A stretch of DNA of 64,000 nt from Candidatus Aminicenantes bacterium (lineage in GTDB: Bacteria > Acidobacteriota > Aminicenantia > S016-38): NCBI GenBank assembly GCA_027068075.1, contig JAMOUJ010000005.1, positions 524,162 through 588,161 on the forward strand, given 5' to 3'. Made by a program: the position numbers and the translations under genes. Positions 19,058 through 29,436 of the stretch are shown here, one piece after another (position 1 is the first letter of the stretch; every line of letters begins with the position of its first letter). Below the pieces are notes generated by a model that made no database searches, was not told the DNA's origin, and saw nothing but the letters and a program-made list of their open reading frames with translations.

Positions 19058-19570
19058 ATGGACCTCAGGAAATTCATAAGGGATGTGCCTGATTTTCCCA
19101 AGAAGGGGATAATTTTCAAGGACATAACACCCCTTCTCTTAAACGGTCAGGCCTTTCGTTTTGCGGTAAAGGAGATGCTGAGGCCTTACGACGGGGAAAG
19201 GATAGACAAAATCCTGGCGGTGGAGGCCAGGGGCTTTATCTTCGGAGCCCCCATGGCCTACGAGCGGGGTTGTGGGCTCATCATAGCCAGAAAGAAGGGG
19301 AAACTTCCCTGGAAAACCGTCCAGGCGAGTTATAGCCTGGAATACGGGGAGGCCTCGGTGGAAATTCATCAGGATTCTATTGGGAAGGGTGATAGAATAT
19401 TGATTGTGGACGACCTCATAGCCACCGGAGGAACTGCCAGGGCCCTGGCTTCCCTGGTGGAGGCCCAGGGCGGCAAGGTGGTGGGCTTTTCCTTCCTGGT
19501 GGAACTCACCTTCCTGAAGGGGAGGGAGGCCTTAGGGAACTACAGGGTTGAGACAATAATAAAATACTAA
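19058..19570 (+). CDS. apt: Adenine phosphoribosyltransferase
   Basis: PDFPKKGIIFKDITPLL and the PRPP-binding motif VDDLIATGGT. Confidence 0.9.
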   Translation: MDLRKFIRDVPDFPKKGIIFKDITPLLLNGQAFRFAVKEMLRPYDGERIDKILAVEARGFIFGAPMAYERGCGLIIARKKGKLPWKTVQASYSLEYGEASVEIHQDSIGKGDRILIVDDLIATGGTARALASLVEAQGGKVVGFSFLVELTFLKGREALGNYRVETIIKY

Positions 19571-19585
19571 TTGCAAGGAGGAAAA

Positions 19586-21658
19586 ATGAGAGACCCTAAA
19601 ACCATAAGAAACATAGCCTTCGTGGGACACGGGCACACCGGTAAGACCACCCTGATCTCAGCCATTCTTTTTTACACCGGTAAAACCAACAGGTTTTTGA
19701 AGGTTGACCAGGGGAACACCATTACCGATTTTGATACGGAGGAGATTGAAAGAAAAATAACCATCTCCACGGCGGTGGCCTTCACCGATTTTGAGAAGCA
19801 CCGCATTAATTTAATAGACACCCCTGGATTCCCCAACTTTTTCTGGGAAGCCGAATCCGCCCTTTACGCCGTGGACGCCGGGGTAGTCCTGGTGGATGCC
19901 GGCTCCGGGGTGGAGGTGCAAACGGAAAGGGTCTGGGAGGTTATGGAGAGGTTGAACCTGCCCAGGGTGGTGGTGATCAACAAACTGGACCGGGAAAATT
20001 CCGATTTCTTCTCCGCCCTTGATTCCCTCAAGGAAGCCTTCGGCAGAAAGATCGTCCCCATAGCCTTTCCCCTGGGGAAAGAAAAGGAATTCAAGGGTGT
20101 AATAGACCTCATAAGGGGTAAATCTTACATTTACAAGACCGACGAGTCTGGAAAATGGGAGGAGGGAGAAATCCCGGCGGAACTTCAGGATAAATACGAG
20201 GAACTCCGGAGCGAAATGGTGGAGATGGTGGCGGAATCCGACGAAGAACTCATGGAAAAATACCTGGAAGACGCCCTCACCGAGGAGGACCTGGCCCGGG
20301 GTTTCAGAAACTCCGTCCTGGCCGGGGATATTTATCCGGTGGTTCCCGCCTCCGCCGCCCTTAACATAGGAACCTGGAACCTCCTCAAAACGGTGGTGGA
20401 CCTCCTTCCCTCCCCCGTGGACAGACCTCCCATAAAGGTGGACGACATAGAGATAAAAGCAGATGTTAACGAACCCCTGGCAGCCCTGGTTTTTAAAACC
20501 CTTTCCGATCCCTTCGCCGGCAGGATAAGCATAATGAGGGTTTTTTCGGGCAGGCTCACACCGGATACCGTGGTGCTAAACGCCAACAAGGAAACCGAGG
20601 AAAAAATATCCAACCTGTTCTACCTCTTCGGCAAGGAGCATGTTTCCGCCGAGGAGGCAGTGGCCGGGGAAATCGTGGCCACGGCCAAACTGAAGAACAC
20701 CTTTACCGGAGACACCCTCTGCTCCAAGGAACGGCCTGTGAAATTGCCCTTTCCGCCCGTCCACGAACCCACCATTTCCTTCGCCATTGAACCCAAGAGC
20801 AAGAAGGACGAGGACAAAATTTCCAACGCCCTTCACAAACTCCACGAGGAGGATCCCAGTTTTCGCGCCGAAAGGGATAGTGAAACCAAGGAATTGATCC
20901 TTTCCGGAAACGGACAACTCCATGTGGAGGTCCTGATGTCAAAACTTAAAAAACAATACGGCGTGGAAGTTATACTCAAGACGCCGAAGATCCCCTACAG
21001 GGAAACCATAAAGGGCACCGCCGATGTTCAGGGCAAGTATAAGAAGCAGACCGGAGGAAGGGGGCAGTACGGGGATGTGAAGATAAAAATGGAGCCTCTG
21101 CCCCGGGGAGAGGATTTTGAATTCGTGGACCAGATCTTCGGAGGGGCCATTCCCAAGAACTTCATCCCGGCGGTGGAGAAGGGAATCCAGGAGGCCAGGA
21201 AGAAGGGGGTTTTGGCGGGATACCCCACGGTGGACTTCCGGGTCATACTTTACGATGGTTCTTATCACCCCGTGGACTCTTCGGACCTGGCCTTCCAGAT
21301 AGCCGCCTCCATGGCCTTCAAGAAGGGAGCAAAGATGGCCAAGCCCACCCTTTTGGAGCCCATAATGAAGGTGGAAATCGTGGTGCCGGAGCAGTACATG
21401 GGGGACATAATGGGAAACCTCAACGGAAGGAGGGGCAGGATCCTGGGCACGGAAATGAAGGGCAAGAAGGCCGTGATTAAGGCCTATGTTCCCATGGCGG
21501 AGATGCTCACCTTTGAACCGGACCTTACCTCTATTACCGGAGGCAGGGGAACTTACAGGATGGAGTTCTCCCATTACGACGAAGTTCCTGCTCAGATCCA
21601 GGAGAAAATAATAGAGCAGGCCCGGGCAGAGGGGAGGATTTCGGCGGAGGAAGAATAA
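19586..21658 (+). CDS. fusA: Elongation factor G paralog (EF-G2-like translational GTPase)
   Basis: Full five-domain EF-G length. The G1 motif is a divergent VGHGHTGKTT rather than the AHIDAGKTT of EF-G1. It is not in a str operon. AAGGAGG lies before ATG 19586. Confidence 0.85.
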   Translation: MRDPKTIRNIAFVGHGHTGKTTLISAILFYTGKTNRFLKVDQGNTITDFDTEEIERKITISTAVAFTDFEKHRINLIDTPGFPNFFWEAESALYAVDAGVVLVDAGSGVEVQTERVWEVMERLNLPRVVVINKLDRENSDFFSALDSLKEAFGRKIVPIAFPLGKEKEFKGVIDLIRGKSYIYKTDESGKWEEGEIPAELQDKYEELRSEMVEMVAESDEELMEKYLEDALTEEDLARGFRNSVLAGDIYPVVPASAALNIGTWNLLKTVVDLLPSPVDRPPIKVDDIEIKADVNEPLAALVFKTLSDPFAGRISIMRVFSGRLTPDTVVLNANKETEEKISNLFYLFGKEHVSAEEAVAGEIVATAKLKNTFTGDTLCSKERPVKLPFPPVHEPTISFAIEPKSKKDEDKISNALHKLHEEDPSFRAERDSETKELILSGNGQLHVEVLMSKLKKQYGVEVILKTPKIPYRETIKGTADVQGKYKKQTGGRGQYGDVKIKMEPLPRGEDFEFVDQIFGGAIPKNFIPAVEKGIQEARKKGVLAGYPTVDFRVILYDGSYHPVDSSDLAFQIAASMAFKKGAKMAKPTLLEPIMKVEIVVPEQYMGDIMGNLNGRRGRILGTEMKGKKAVIKAYVPMAEMLTFEPDLTSITGGRGTYRMEFSHYDEVPAQIQEKIIEQARAEGRISAEEE

Positions 21659-21670
21659 GCGGAAGATTGG

Positions 21671-22123
21671 ATGCTTTTTGACCTGGAGGAGAGGAAAAGA
21701 CGCTGGGAAAGGGTCCCGGCTTCGGTTTATGTGGCGGGTTTTGCCCTGATCCTGGCGGTTTCCCTGGCCCTGGCCTGGGCGGTGCTCCGGGGCAGCGAAA
21801 ACTTCTATCAGGGCCTACTGGGGGCTGGATTAGCCCTGGTCTCCTCCATCTACAGCGTAGTCTTCTTCAGGAGCGAATATTCCAGGGAGGATCTGGTAAA
21901 GACCTTTTTAAACGGTTTGCTTTTGAGCCTGGGGGTTTTTCTGGTCTCCGGATTTCTGGTGATGTTTGCGGTTCTTCTGGGACCTCACATAGCCAGGGGA
22001 TTCAGGATAAAGGCCATGAAGTTGCTGATCACCGGTTTTCAGCAGATAATCACCACTTACCTTCTGGTTTCGCCGGGGTTCCTTGCCTTCTTGAGCCTTT
22101 TAAGAATGGCCTTTAAAAAGTGA
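21671..22123 (+). CDS. Small hypothetical membrane protein (4 predicted TM helices)
   Basis: Hydrophobic segments. Its stop overlaps the priA GTG start (GTGA). Confidence 0.45.
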   Translation: MLFDLEERKRRWERVPASVYVAGFALILAVSLALAWAVLRGSENFYQGLLGAGLALVSSIYSVVFFRSEYSREDLVKTFLNGLLLSLGVFLVSGFLVMFAVLLGPHIARGFRIKAMKLLITGFQQIITTYLLVSPGFLAFLSLLRMAFKK

Positions 22124-24237
22124 AGTTCTATAAGATCGCTCCCTGCGAGAGAATCGCCCGGCTGTTGACCTATTCCAGCCCCCGGGAATTGAGGCGGGGA
22201 CAGGTGGTGGAGGTGGACCTGCGGGGCAGGAGGACGATGGGGGTGGTCTGGAAGGAGACGGAGGCGGGAAATTTTCCCGTCAAAGCCATTCTCAGGGAGT
22301 TTCCCACGGTTCTTCCCGATAACTTCCTGGTTCTGGCGGAGAGGCTTCAGGACAGGTTCCTTCAGCCCCTGGGACTTTACCTCAACCTCATGATCCCCCC
22401 CCGTGAGAGGTCCGGAACCTCGCCCCTTTATACCCCCACGCCGGAGGGCCTTTTTCTGGCCACAGAGGAAGGTCGGGACGGCGAACTTGTGAGATTTCTC
22501 CTGAAGAGGCCCTACACCAAGAGATATCTCAGGAGGGTCCTGGGAAGGTGGGTGGATTACAGGCTTTCCAAACTTAAAAAGAAGGGTTTTCTGCTGGAAG
22601 AATACAGGGAAAGAAGGGCGATCTTTTCCCCCACCGCCGAGCCCTATCTTTTCCCTCAAATTGAAGATGTAAAACTCAGCAAAGAAGGGGAGGATGTGGC
22701 CCGGAACCTCCTTTCCAAACTTCAGGAAGGATTTTCCCTTCACCTGCTTTACGGAATTACGGGGAGCGGAAAAACCTTCGTCCTCCTAAAACTCATTGAA
22801 GAGGCGCTGAAGGAGGGTGGAGGGGTCGTTTACCTGGTTCCGGAAATATCCATGGTGCCCTTTCCCTATCAACTTCTTTCCTCCAGGTTCGGCGGGGTGG
22901 AGGTGGTCCACTCCATGGTGGCTCATGGAAGAAGGGGGGGAGGCTGGAGAAACCTGACGGAGGGAAGGAGCCGCATAGCCCTGGGCGCAAGGTCCGCCAT
23001 CTTCGCCCCGGTGAGGAACCTGAAACTCATAATAGTGGACGAGGAGCACGACCTTTCCTACGATCAGGAAAACACCCCCAGGTACAACGCCGTGGCCGTG
23101 GCAGAGGAGAGGGGGAAGATTGAGGGAGCCATGGTGGTTTTTTCCTCTGCCACCCCCAGCGTAGAAACCTACCACCGGGCCCGGCAGGGGGAAATAGAAC
23201 TTCATGTCCTCAAGAAAAGGCTGGGAGGACTTCCCCTTCCCCGGGTTACCGTGGTGTCCATGAAGGGAAAAAAGGGGTTGATAAGCCGGGAGTTTTCCAC
23301 GGCCCTTCAGGAGGAAAAATCCCGGGGGAAACAGGCCCTGGTCCTGATGAACAGGAGGGGTTTTACCTCCCTTTACCGATGCAAAAACTGCGGATATGTT
23401 CCCCAATGTCCTCACTGCGAACTTCCCCTGACCTACCACCGGGAGGAAAGGGTTTTACAGTGCCATTACTGCGGATATCAGGAGGAACTTCCTTCTTCCT
23501 GTCCGGTTTGCGGCGGCGAGATGGCTCCCACAGGGGCTCCGGGTATTCAAAAATTGGTGGAAGCCTTTCAGAAAAAATTTCCCCAATTAAAGGTGGAAAG
23601 GTTTGATGCGGATGTGGCCAGAAAGAAAAGGCTGGCCCGGGAGGTTCTGAAAAGGTTTTACCAGGGGGAAATTGACCTCCTGGTGGGAACCCAGTTGATA
23701 TCCAAGGGTCATAATTTTCCCGGGGTCACATTGGTGGGGGTGTTCTTCCCTGACCTCCTCCTGAAGTTTCCGGATTTTACATCGGCGGAGAGGACCTTTC
23801 AGTTAATAACCCAGATGGTGGGGAGGGCCGGCAGGGTGGAGTCCGGCAGGGCCTTTATCCAGACGAGGTATCCGGAGCACCACGCCATCCAGGCGGCCTC
23901 TTCCCAGGACTACGAGGCCTTTTTTTCCCGGGAGATGGAATTCCGAAGGAGGCTTCTTTACCCTCCTTTCGTAAAACTGGTGAGGATCCTCGTAGAGGCC
24001 GTGGAGAGAAGGGAACTGGGAGCCAGGTCCAGACATGTTTTTTCCCTTCTCACCGGGTTTAGGAGGAGAGGGCCCGCCCTGGCCCCCTTTCAGAAGATAG
24101 GGGGAAAGTGGAGGGCTCACATCTTCGTGGAATTTGAGAAGGAGGAGGACTGGGAAAGGTTTAAAGGGATTTACTGGGAAAAGATATTTCCCCTCAGGGG
24201 GGTCTCCGTGATAGTGTCCCCCTCCCAGGTTCTCTAA
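22120..24237 (+). CDS. priA: Primosomal protein N' (replication-restart helicase)
   Basis: Walker A GITGSGKTFV, DEEHD, and the Cys4 zinc-binding region CKNCGYVPQCPHC...CHYCGY...CPVCGG. Confidence 0.9.
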   Translation: MKFYKIAPCERIARLLTYSSPRELRRGQVVEVDLRGRRTMGVVWKETEAGNFPVKAILREFPTVLPDNFLVLAERLQDRFLQPLGLYLNLMIPPRERSGTSPLYTPTPEGLFLATEEGRDGELVRFLLKRPYTKRYLRRVLGRWVDYRLSKLKKKGFLLEEYRERRAIFSPTAEPYLFPQIEDVKLSKEGEDVARNLLSKLQEGFSLHLLYGITGSGKTFVLLKLIEEALKEGGGVVYLVPEISMVPFPYQLLSSRFGGVEVVHSMVAHGRRGGGWRNLTEGRSRIALGARSAIFAPVRNLKLIIVDEEHDLSYDQENTPRYNAVAVAEERGKIEGAMVVFSSATPSVETYHRARQGEIELHVLKKRLGGLPLPRVTVVSMKGKKGLISREFSTALQEEKSRGKQALVLMNRRGFTSLYRCKNCGYVPQCPHCELPLTYHREERVLQCHYCGYQEELPSSCPVCGGEMAPTGAPGIQKLVEAFQKKFPQLKVERFDADVARKKRLAREVLKRFYQGEIDLLVGTQLISKGHNFPGVTLVGVFFPDLLLKFPDFTSAERTFQLITQMVGRAGRVESGRAFIQTRYPEHHAIQAASSQDYEAFFSREMEFRRRLLYPPFVKLVRILVEAVERRELGARSRHVFSLLTGFRRRGPALAPFQKIGGKWRAHIFVEFEKEEDWERFKGIYWEKIFPLRGVSVIVSPSQVL

Positions 24238-25118
24238 AATTCCACCAGTTTCTTCAGCCCCTCCAGCCTTTCTTCAACATCCCGGCGGTTAACCCTGGCA
24301 AGCCTGTCCACGGAGAAGGCCTCCACCGTAAAGGAGGAGACGGCGATGGCCACCGCCAGGGCCCTGGGCAGGGATTGCCCCCGGGCCAGGGTCCCCAGGA
24401 ATCCACCGGCAAAACTGTCGCCGGCTCCGGTGGGGTCCACCACCCTTCTGACGGGAAAGGCGGGCAGGGCCGCCGTGCCCCGGGGAGAACACAGGAGAGC
24501 CCCCGCTTCCCCCCTCTTTACCACCACCACCCCCGGGCCCATCTCCATGAGCCTGTGGCAGGCGGGAACGCTGCCGCTCTCCCCGGAAAGCATCTCCGCC
24601 TCACTGCGGTTTACGAAGAGTATGTTTATCCTCTTGAGAAGGGAAAGCAGTTCATTCCTGTGGGATTCTATCCAGTGGTTCATGGTGTCCATGGCGGCTA
24701 TTTCGTGTTCTATTTCCTCCAGGAGGGAAGCCTGGAGGGACGGTGAAAGGTTGCCCAGGTAGAGAATTTTGGCCCTTCGGTAATCGGCGGGAGGGTTGGG
24801 TTGAAACTCGCCGAAGAGGCCCAGTTGGGTCCTCAGAGTTTCGGGGTCTTCCTTTCCCCTTTTGTATATCCCGGCCCACCGGAAGGAGGCTCCCTCCTTT
24901 ATCTCCACCCCAGCCAGGTCGCATCCTCTTTTTTCCAGATCCCGGAGGACCTCCTCCGGAAAGTCCTTCCCCGCCACCCCCACCAGGGCCACTTCTGAGA
25001 ATATGGAGGCCGCGTAGGAAAAATAGATGAGGGATCCTCCTACGGCATTTTCCCTTTTTCCATAAGGGGTTTCTACATCGTCCAGGGCTATGGAACCGAT
25101 GGCCACAATTTCCTTCAT
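24234..25118 (-). CDS. PfkB-family carbohydrate/nucleoside kinase
   Basis: C-terminal [14 protein letters not shown] signature of ribokinase/adenosine-kinase-like enzymes. Confidence 0.8.
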   Translation of the reverse strand: MKEIVAIGSIALDDVETPYGKRENAVGGSLIYFSYAASIFSEVALVGVAGKDFPEEVLRDLEKRGCDLAGVEIKEGASFRWAGIYKRGKEDPETLRTQLGLFGEFQPNPPADYRRAKILYLGNLSPSLQASLLEEIEHEIAAMDTMNHWIESHRNELLSLLKRINILFVNRSEAEMLSGESGSVPACHRLMEMGPGVVVVKRGEAGALLCSPRGTAALPAFPVRRVVDPTGAGDSFAGGFLGTLARGQSLPRALAVAIAVSSFTVEAFSVDRLARVNRRDVEERLEGLKKLVEF

Positions 25119-25981
25119 AGATACCTCCCCACGATGACCTGGAGTTTCCTTTTAGTATCCTCCGGAATCCTGTCCCTGGAGGTAATGATGGCGTTTTCCA
25201 GGGCCCTGGAGCAGGCACATCCTTCCTCCCGCCGGGGTGGGATGTGGTGGAGGGCAGCCTTTATGACCTTCTGGGCGTTCTTTATGTTTTTTCTCAGGTT
25301 TTCCACCACCAGTTCCACGCTCACCTCCTCCTCTTCCTGGTGCCAGCAGTCGTAGTCGGTGACCATGGCCAGGGTTACATAGCAGATTTCCGCCTCCCTG
25401 GCCAGTTTCGCCTCGGTGGCGTTGGTCATACCGATTACATCAAAGCCCATCTTCCTGTAAAATTCGCTTTCGGCCCGGGTGGAAAACTGTGGACCCTCTA
25501 TGCATACATAGGTTCCTCCCCTGTGGACGGGGACCCCTTCTTCCTCCGCCGCCCTGTGGATGGCTTCCTTGAGCACCGGACATGTGGGGTCGGCGAAGGA
25601 AACATGGGCCGCCAGACCTTCCCCGAAAAAGGTGGCCTCTCTCTTTTTGGTAAGATCAAAGAAATAGTCCGGAAGAACCATGTGGAGGGGAGGATATTCC
25701 TCCTTGAGGGAGCCCACGGCGGAGACGGAGATTATCCTCTGGGCTCCCAGCATTTTCATGGCGTAAATATTGGCCCTGTAGGGCACCTCGCCGGGGAGAA
25801 ACACATGACCCCTCCCGTGGCGGGCCAAAAAGCCCAGCCTTCTCCCTTCAAGTTCGCCTACGATGATTTCGTCGGAGGGCTTGCCGAAGGGGGTTTCGGG
25901 AAACACCCTTTCTATAATCTTCAAACCCTCCATTTCGTAAAAACCGGAACCTCCTATTACCCCTATTTCTACGGTGGTCAT
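25115..25981 (-). CDS. mtnP: S-methyl-5'-thioadenosine phosphorylase (PNP/MTAP family)
   Basis: [12 protein letters not shown]... and [30 protein letters not shown] are typical MTAP motifs. Confidence 0.85.
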   Translation of the reverse strand: MTTVEIGVIGGSGFYEMEGLKIIERVFPETPFGKPSDEIIVGELEGRRLGFLARHGRGHVFLPGEVPYRANIYAMKMLGAQRIISVSAVGSLKEEYPPLHMVLPDYFFDLTKKREATFFGEGLAAHVSFADPTCPVLKEAIHRAAEEEGVPVHRGGTYVCIEGPQFSTRAESEFYRKMGFDVIGMTNATEAKLAREAEICYVTLAMVTDYDCWHQEEEEVSVELVVENLRKNIKNAQKVIKAALHHIPPRREEGCACSRALENAIITSRDRIPEDTKRKLQVIVGRYL

Positions 25982-26085
25982 GTTTCCCTCCTTTAAAGAG
26001 TTCTGAAGGGAAAGTATAACCTATTGGGCCCCATTTTTTAAATCTCTCCGCGGGAACCCGGCCGGGAAGGTATAATATAGGGGAA

Positions 26086-26772
26086 ATGAAAATAGGCTGC
26101 GCTGGTTTTGGAGAGGCAAGGTCCAGGTATTTCAAGGAGTTCAATGTGGTAGAGGTCCAGCAAACCTTTTATTCACCGGTTCCCGTCGCCACGCTCAGGA
26201 AGTGGAGGGAGGAGGCCCCCGGGGATTTTGAGTTTACCGTAAAGGCCCTTCAGGTTATAACCCATCCTCCCCATTCTCCCACCTACCGCAGGTACAAGGG
26301 GCAGAGGCCTTCCCAGGCGGGTTTTTTCAAACCCATAAAACAGGTCTTTGAAGCCTGGGAGGTAACCCTGGAGGAGGCGGCGGCCCTGGAGGCTAAGATT
26401 ATAATATTCCAACTCCCCCCCAGTTTCTGTCCCTCTGCAGACAACCTTGAGAACATGAGGAGGTTTTTCTCCTCCGTAAAAAGGGGGGAACATCTCCTGG
26501 GCCTGGAAGTTAGATGTCGGGAATGGAAGGGAAAAATAGGTCCCCTGTGCCGGGAATTGGACCTTTTTCATGTGGTGGATCCCTTTTCCTGGGAGCGGGA
26601 ATGGGGAGAGGTTAAGTATTTTCGCCTCCACGGCCGGGGAGGCTACAAGTACAGGTTTACCGAAGAGGATTTTTCCTACCTCCAGCGACTGGTGGACCGG
26701 CAGTCCTATGTGATTTTCAACAATGTTTACGCCCTGGAAGATGCGAGAAGATTTAAAGAATTTATTACCTAA
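26086..26772 (+). CDS. DUF72 (YecE-like) family protein
   Basis: MKIGCAGF...RYFKEFNVVEVQQTFY is the N-terminal DUF72 signature. A TATAAT lies at 26066-26071. Confidence 0.7.
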   Translation: MKIGCAGFGEARSRYFKEFNVVEVQQTFYSPVPVATLRKWREEAPGDFEFTVKALQVITHPPHSPTYRRYKGQRPSQAGFFKPIKQVFEAWEVTLEEAAALEAKIIIFQLPPSFCPSADNLENMRRFFSSVKRGEHLLGLEVRCREWKGKIGPLCRELDLFHVVDPFSWEREWGEVKYFRLHGRGGYKYRFTEEDFSYLQRLVDRQSYVIFNNVYALEDARRFKEFIT

Positions 26773-28204
26773 GATTCCCCACCGGGAATTTTTCGTTTCC
26801 CTCTTCGGGGGAGATGTTTTCCTGGTGGGAGGAGGCGTCAGGGACCTTCTTCTGGGAAAGGAACTCAAGGAGATAGACCTCATCGTTTTACACCATCCCA
26901 TAGAGGAGATAGTGGAAAAATTAAAACCCCACGGGAAAATAAGCCTGGTGGGGAAAAGTTTTGCGGTCCTTAAATTCCACTATGGGGGGGGAATTATAGA
27001 GATATCAATTCCGAGAAAGGAAAGGAGGGCTTCCCCCGATTCCTGGTCCCATAAAAATTTCCTGGTCCAGGCGGACCCGGAACTCCCCCTGGAGGAGGAC
27101 CTCAGGAGAAGGGATTTTACCGTAAACAGCATGGCTCTGAATCTTCTTACCGGGGAGTTGGTGGATCCCCTGGGCGGAAGGGAGGACCTGAGGAGGAGGA
27201 TCCTCAGGATGACCAATCCCCGGGCCTTTGCCGACGATCCCCTGAGGGTTATAAGGGCCGCCAGGTTTGCAGCCAAACTTAGTTTTAAGATAGACCCCGA
27301 AATTTACGAGAAGGCCAAGGGGGTGGAATTTTCCGAACTCCCCCGGGAGAGGATCCTGGAGGAAATATTCAAAATCAACCTGACGGAGCACCCGGAGAAG
27401 GCCTGGGAGGAGTTTTTGCCCCTTACGGTGCTGGAAAAGGTTTTCCCCTGCCTTTATCGGCTTACCTTCTGGATTCAGGACGGGGTTTTCCATCCTGAGA
27501 CCGATCCCTTCGGCAACCACACCGTATGGCCCCATGTCCTCCTCACCATCATGCAGGCGGCCAGGCTGGCCGGGGCCTTTTCCCTGGAGGAGCCCCAGAG
27601 ACACGCCCTGCTTTTTGCCGCCCTTCTTCACGATGTGGAAAAACCCTCCTGCAGCCGCTGGGAGTGGAGGGAAGGACGGATGGTGGTCAGGAGCATGGGA
27701 CACGATGTGGAGGGGGAAAAGACGGCGGAGGAGTTCTGCCAGAGGCTGGGAATATACACCTACCGGGGATATCCCCTGAGGGAAAGGATCGTGAAATTGG
27801 TGAGGGTTCACCACCGACCTTCGGAAATTTACAACAACCGGGAAGAGGTAACCCGCCGGGCCTTCAACAGGCTGGCCAAGGAACTGGATGGAGAATACAT
27901 CCTGGCGGTTTTGCTTGACGCCGCCGATAGAAACGCCCGGGGCCAGGCCCCCCTCCAGGATCTGGACGAGGTGGGGAAGTGGCTCCTTGAGAAGTTCAGG
28001 GAGTTCAACGCAGACCAGGCCATAAAGCCCCTGATCATGGGCCGTGATCTTATAGCCCTGGGGTTCAAACCTGGTCCGAAGATGGGAAAGATTCTGAGGA
28101 GGCTTTACGAACTTCAATTGGACGGGGTCTTTACCACCCGGGAGGAGGGGCTTCGCCTCGCTCCCCGGGTAAGCAAAGAACTTTTCGGCAAGGAGAGGGT
28201 ATGA
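26741..28204 (+). CDS. cca: CCA-adding tRNA nucleotidyltransferase with a C-terminal HD domain
   Basis: GGGVRDLLLG, the RRDFTVNSMA polymerase-beta head, and a later LLHDVEKP HD motif. The start probably lies inside the 3' end of the DUF72 gene (overlap). Confidence 0.85.
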   Translation: MREDLKNLLPKIPHREFFVSLFGGDVFLVGGGVRDLLLGKELKEIDLIVLHHPIEEIVEKLKPHGKISLVGKSFAVLKFHYGGGIIEISIPRKERRASPDSWSHKNFLVQADPELPLEEDLRRRDFTVNSMALNLLTGELVDPLGGREDLRRRILRMTNPRAFADDPLRVIRAARFAAKLSFKIDPEIYEKAKGVEFSELPRERILEEIFKINLTEHPEKAWEEFLPLTVLEKVFPCLYRLTFWIQDGVFHPETDPFGNHTVWPHVLLTIMQAARLAGAFSLEEPQRHALLFAALLHDVEKPSCSRWEWREGRMVVRSMGHDVEGEKTAEEFCQRLGIYTYRGYPLRERIVKLVRVHHRPSEIYNNREEVTRRAFNRLAKELDGEYILAVLLDAADRNARGQAPLQDLDEVGKWLLEKFREFNADQAIKPLIMGRDLIALGFKPGPKMGKILRRLYELQLDGVFTTREEGLRLAPRVSKELFGKERV

Positions 28205-29436
28205 TGGAGTTCAGATACGAAATACTTCCCACGGATTTCGGCTCCAGGGTCCTCTTGATTCCCCGGACGGCTCCCCTGGTGAGTTTTCAGATATGGGTAA
28301 GGGCCGGCTCCAAATACGAGAGGCCCGGGATTACGGGCATATCCCACATGCTGGAACACATGATGTTCAAGGGTTCCCGCAACTACGGCCCCCAGGAGCA
28401 CGCCCGTAGGGTTCAGGAAATGGGGGGCGAGTTCAATGCCTTTACCGCCCACGACAAAACCGTATATTTTGAGAACATATCTCCGGAATATCTGGAGGAG
28501 ATAGTAAAAATGGAAGCCGATAGGTTCCTTTATCCCTCCTTTGATCCCCGGGAGTTTTCCAGGGAAAAGGAAGTGGTGATGGAGGAACGGAAACTCAGGA
28601 CCGATAATTCCCCCTACGGTAAGGCGGAGGAGGAACTCTTCGCCCTGGCCTTTCAGGCCCATCCCTATCATTGGCCCATTATAGGATGGGCTTCAGACAT
28701 AGAGAATTTTTCCCGGGAGGCCCTGGTGTCCTATTTCCGCGAGAGATACACCCCGTCCAATTCCTTCTTCGTCCTATGCGGCCAAATTCCCGATAATGCC
28801 CTTCGCCTTGTGGAAAAATATTTTGGAGCGTGGAAGGGGGGTAAACCCCAGGACCCGCCCATGCCCCGGGAACCGGAGCAGAGGGGAAGCAGGAGGTCCG
28901 AGATGATAATGGATGTAAAACTTCCCTTCGTTTTCCTGGGGTTCGTGACCCCAGGCTACTGCCACGGGGATTTCGTTTTGCTATCCCTGATAGACAGGAT
29001 TCTGACCGAAGGGGAGAGTTCAAGGCTGTGGCAGAGCCTGGTCCACAAAGAGGCTCTGGCCTCCAGGGCAGGAGGGGGGATATACCCCATGGGGGACTAC
29101 AGTCTGTTTTTCTTCTACGGGGTTAGCCAGGGGGAAGGGGATGTGGAGGCCCTGGAGGCGGCCCTGGTAAAGGAAATCGTCAATTACGAACTGGAGCCTC
29201 CGGAACTGGAAAAGGCCCGTAATCAGGTTCTGGCGGAGACGGTTTCTTCCCTGGAAAGGTCCTACTACACTGGCATCTCCGCCGGGGAGGGTCTCATAAA
29301 CTGCGGGGAGCCTGGAACCTTCCTCCGGCAACTGGAAAGGATTAAAGGGGCGCGGGTGGAGGATGTTCTGGAGGTCTGGGGCAAATACCTGAAGGAAGAA
29401 AGAAGAAACACCGTTCTAATCAGGGGGAAGGGATGA
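28201..29436 (+). CDS. M16-family zinc peptidase (active subunit)
   Basis: Inverted zinc motif HMLEHMMFKGS (HxxEH). ATGA overlap with the upstream gene. Confidence 0.85.
   Translation: MMEFRYEILPTDFGSRVLLIPRTAPLVSFQIWVRAGSKYERPGITGISHMLEHMMFKGSRNYGPQEHARRVQEMGGEFNAFTAHDKTVYFENISPEYLEEIVKMEADRFLYPSFDPREFSREKEVVMEERKLRTDNSPYGKAEEELFALAFQAHPYHWPIIGWASDIENFSREALVSYFRERYTPSNSFFVLCGQIPDNALRLVEKYFGAWKGGKPQDPPMPREPEQRGSRRSEMIMDVKLPFVFLGFVTPGYCHGDFVLLSLIDRILTEGESSRLWQSLVHKEALASRAGGGIYPMGDYSLFFFYGVSQGEGDVEALEAALVKEIVNYELEPPELEKARNQVLAETVSSLERSYYTGISAGEGLINCGEPGTFLRQLERIKGARVEDVLEVWGKYLKEERRNTVLIRGKG

Noticed and set aside
28060-28085. tRNA T-loop-like GGTTCAAACC motif
   Set aside because: It lies inside the cca coding sequence (encoding ALGFKPGPK) and has no surrounding cloverleaf. 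No tRNA is called anywhere in the window.
27005-28117. 370-aa ORF antisense to the CCA-enzyme gene (and similar long antisense ORFs at 10142-11083, 20939-21574, 22057-23439, 42838-43854, 44710-45654, 46204-46992, 48470-49348 and 60610-61635)
   Set aside because: All lie opposite well-supported genes, have G/P/H-rich low-complexity translations, and are explained by stop-codon depletion in the antisense frame of these G/C-ending genes.
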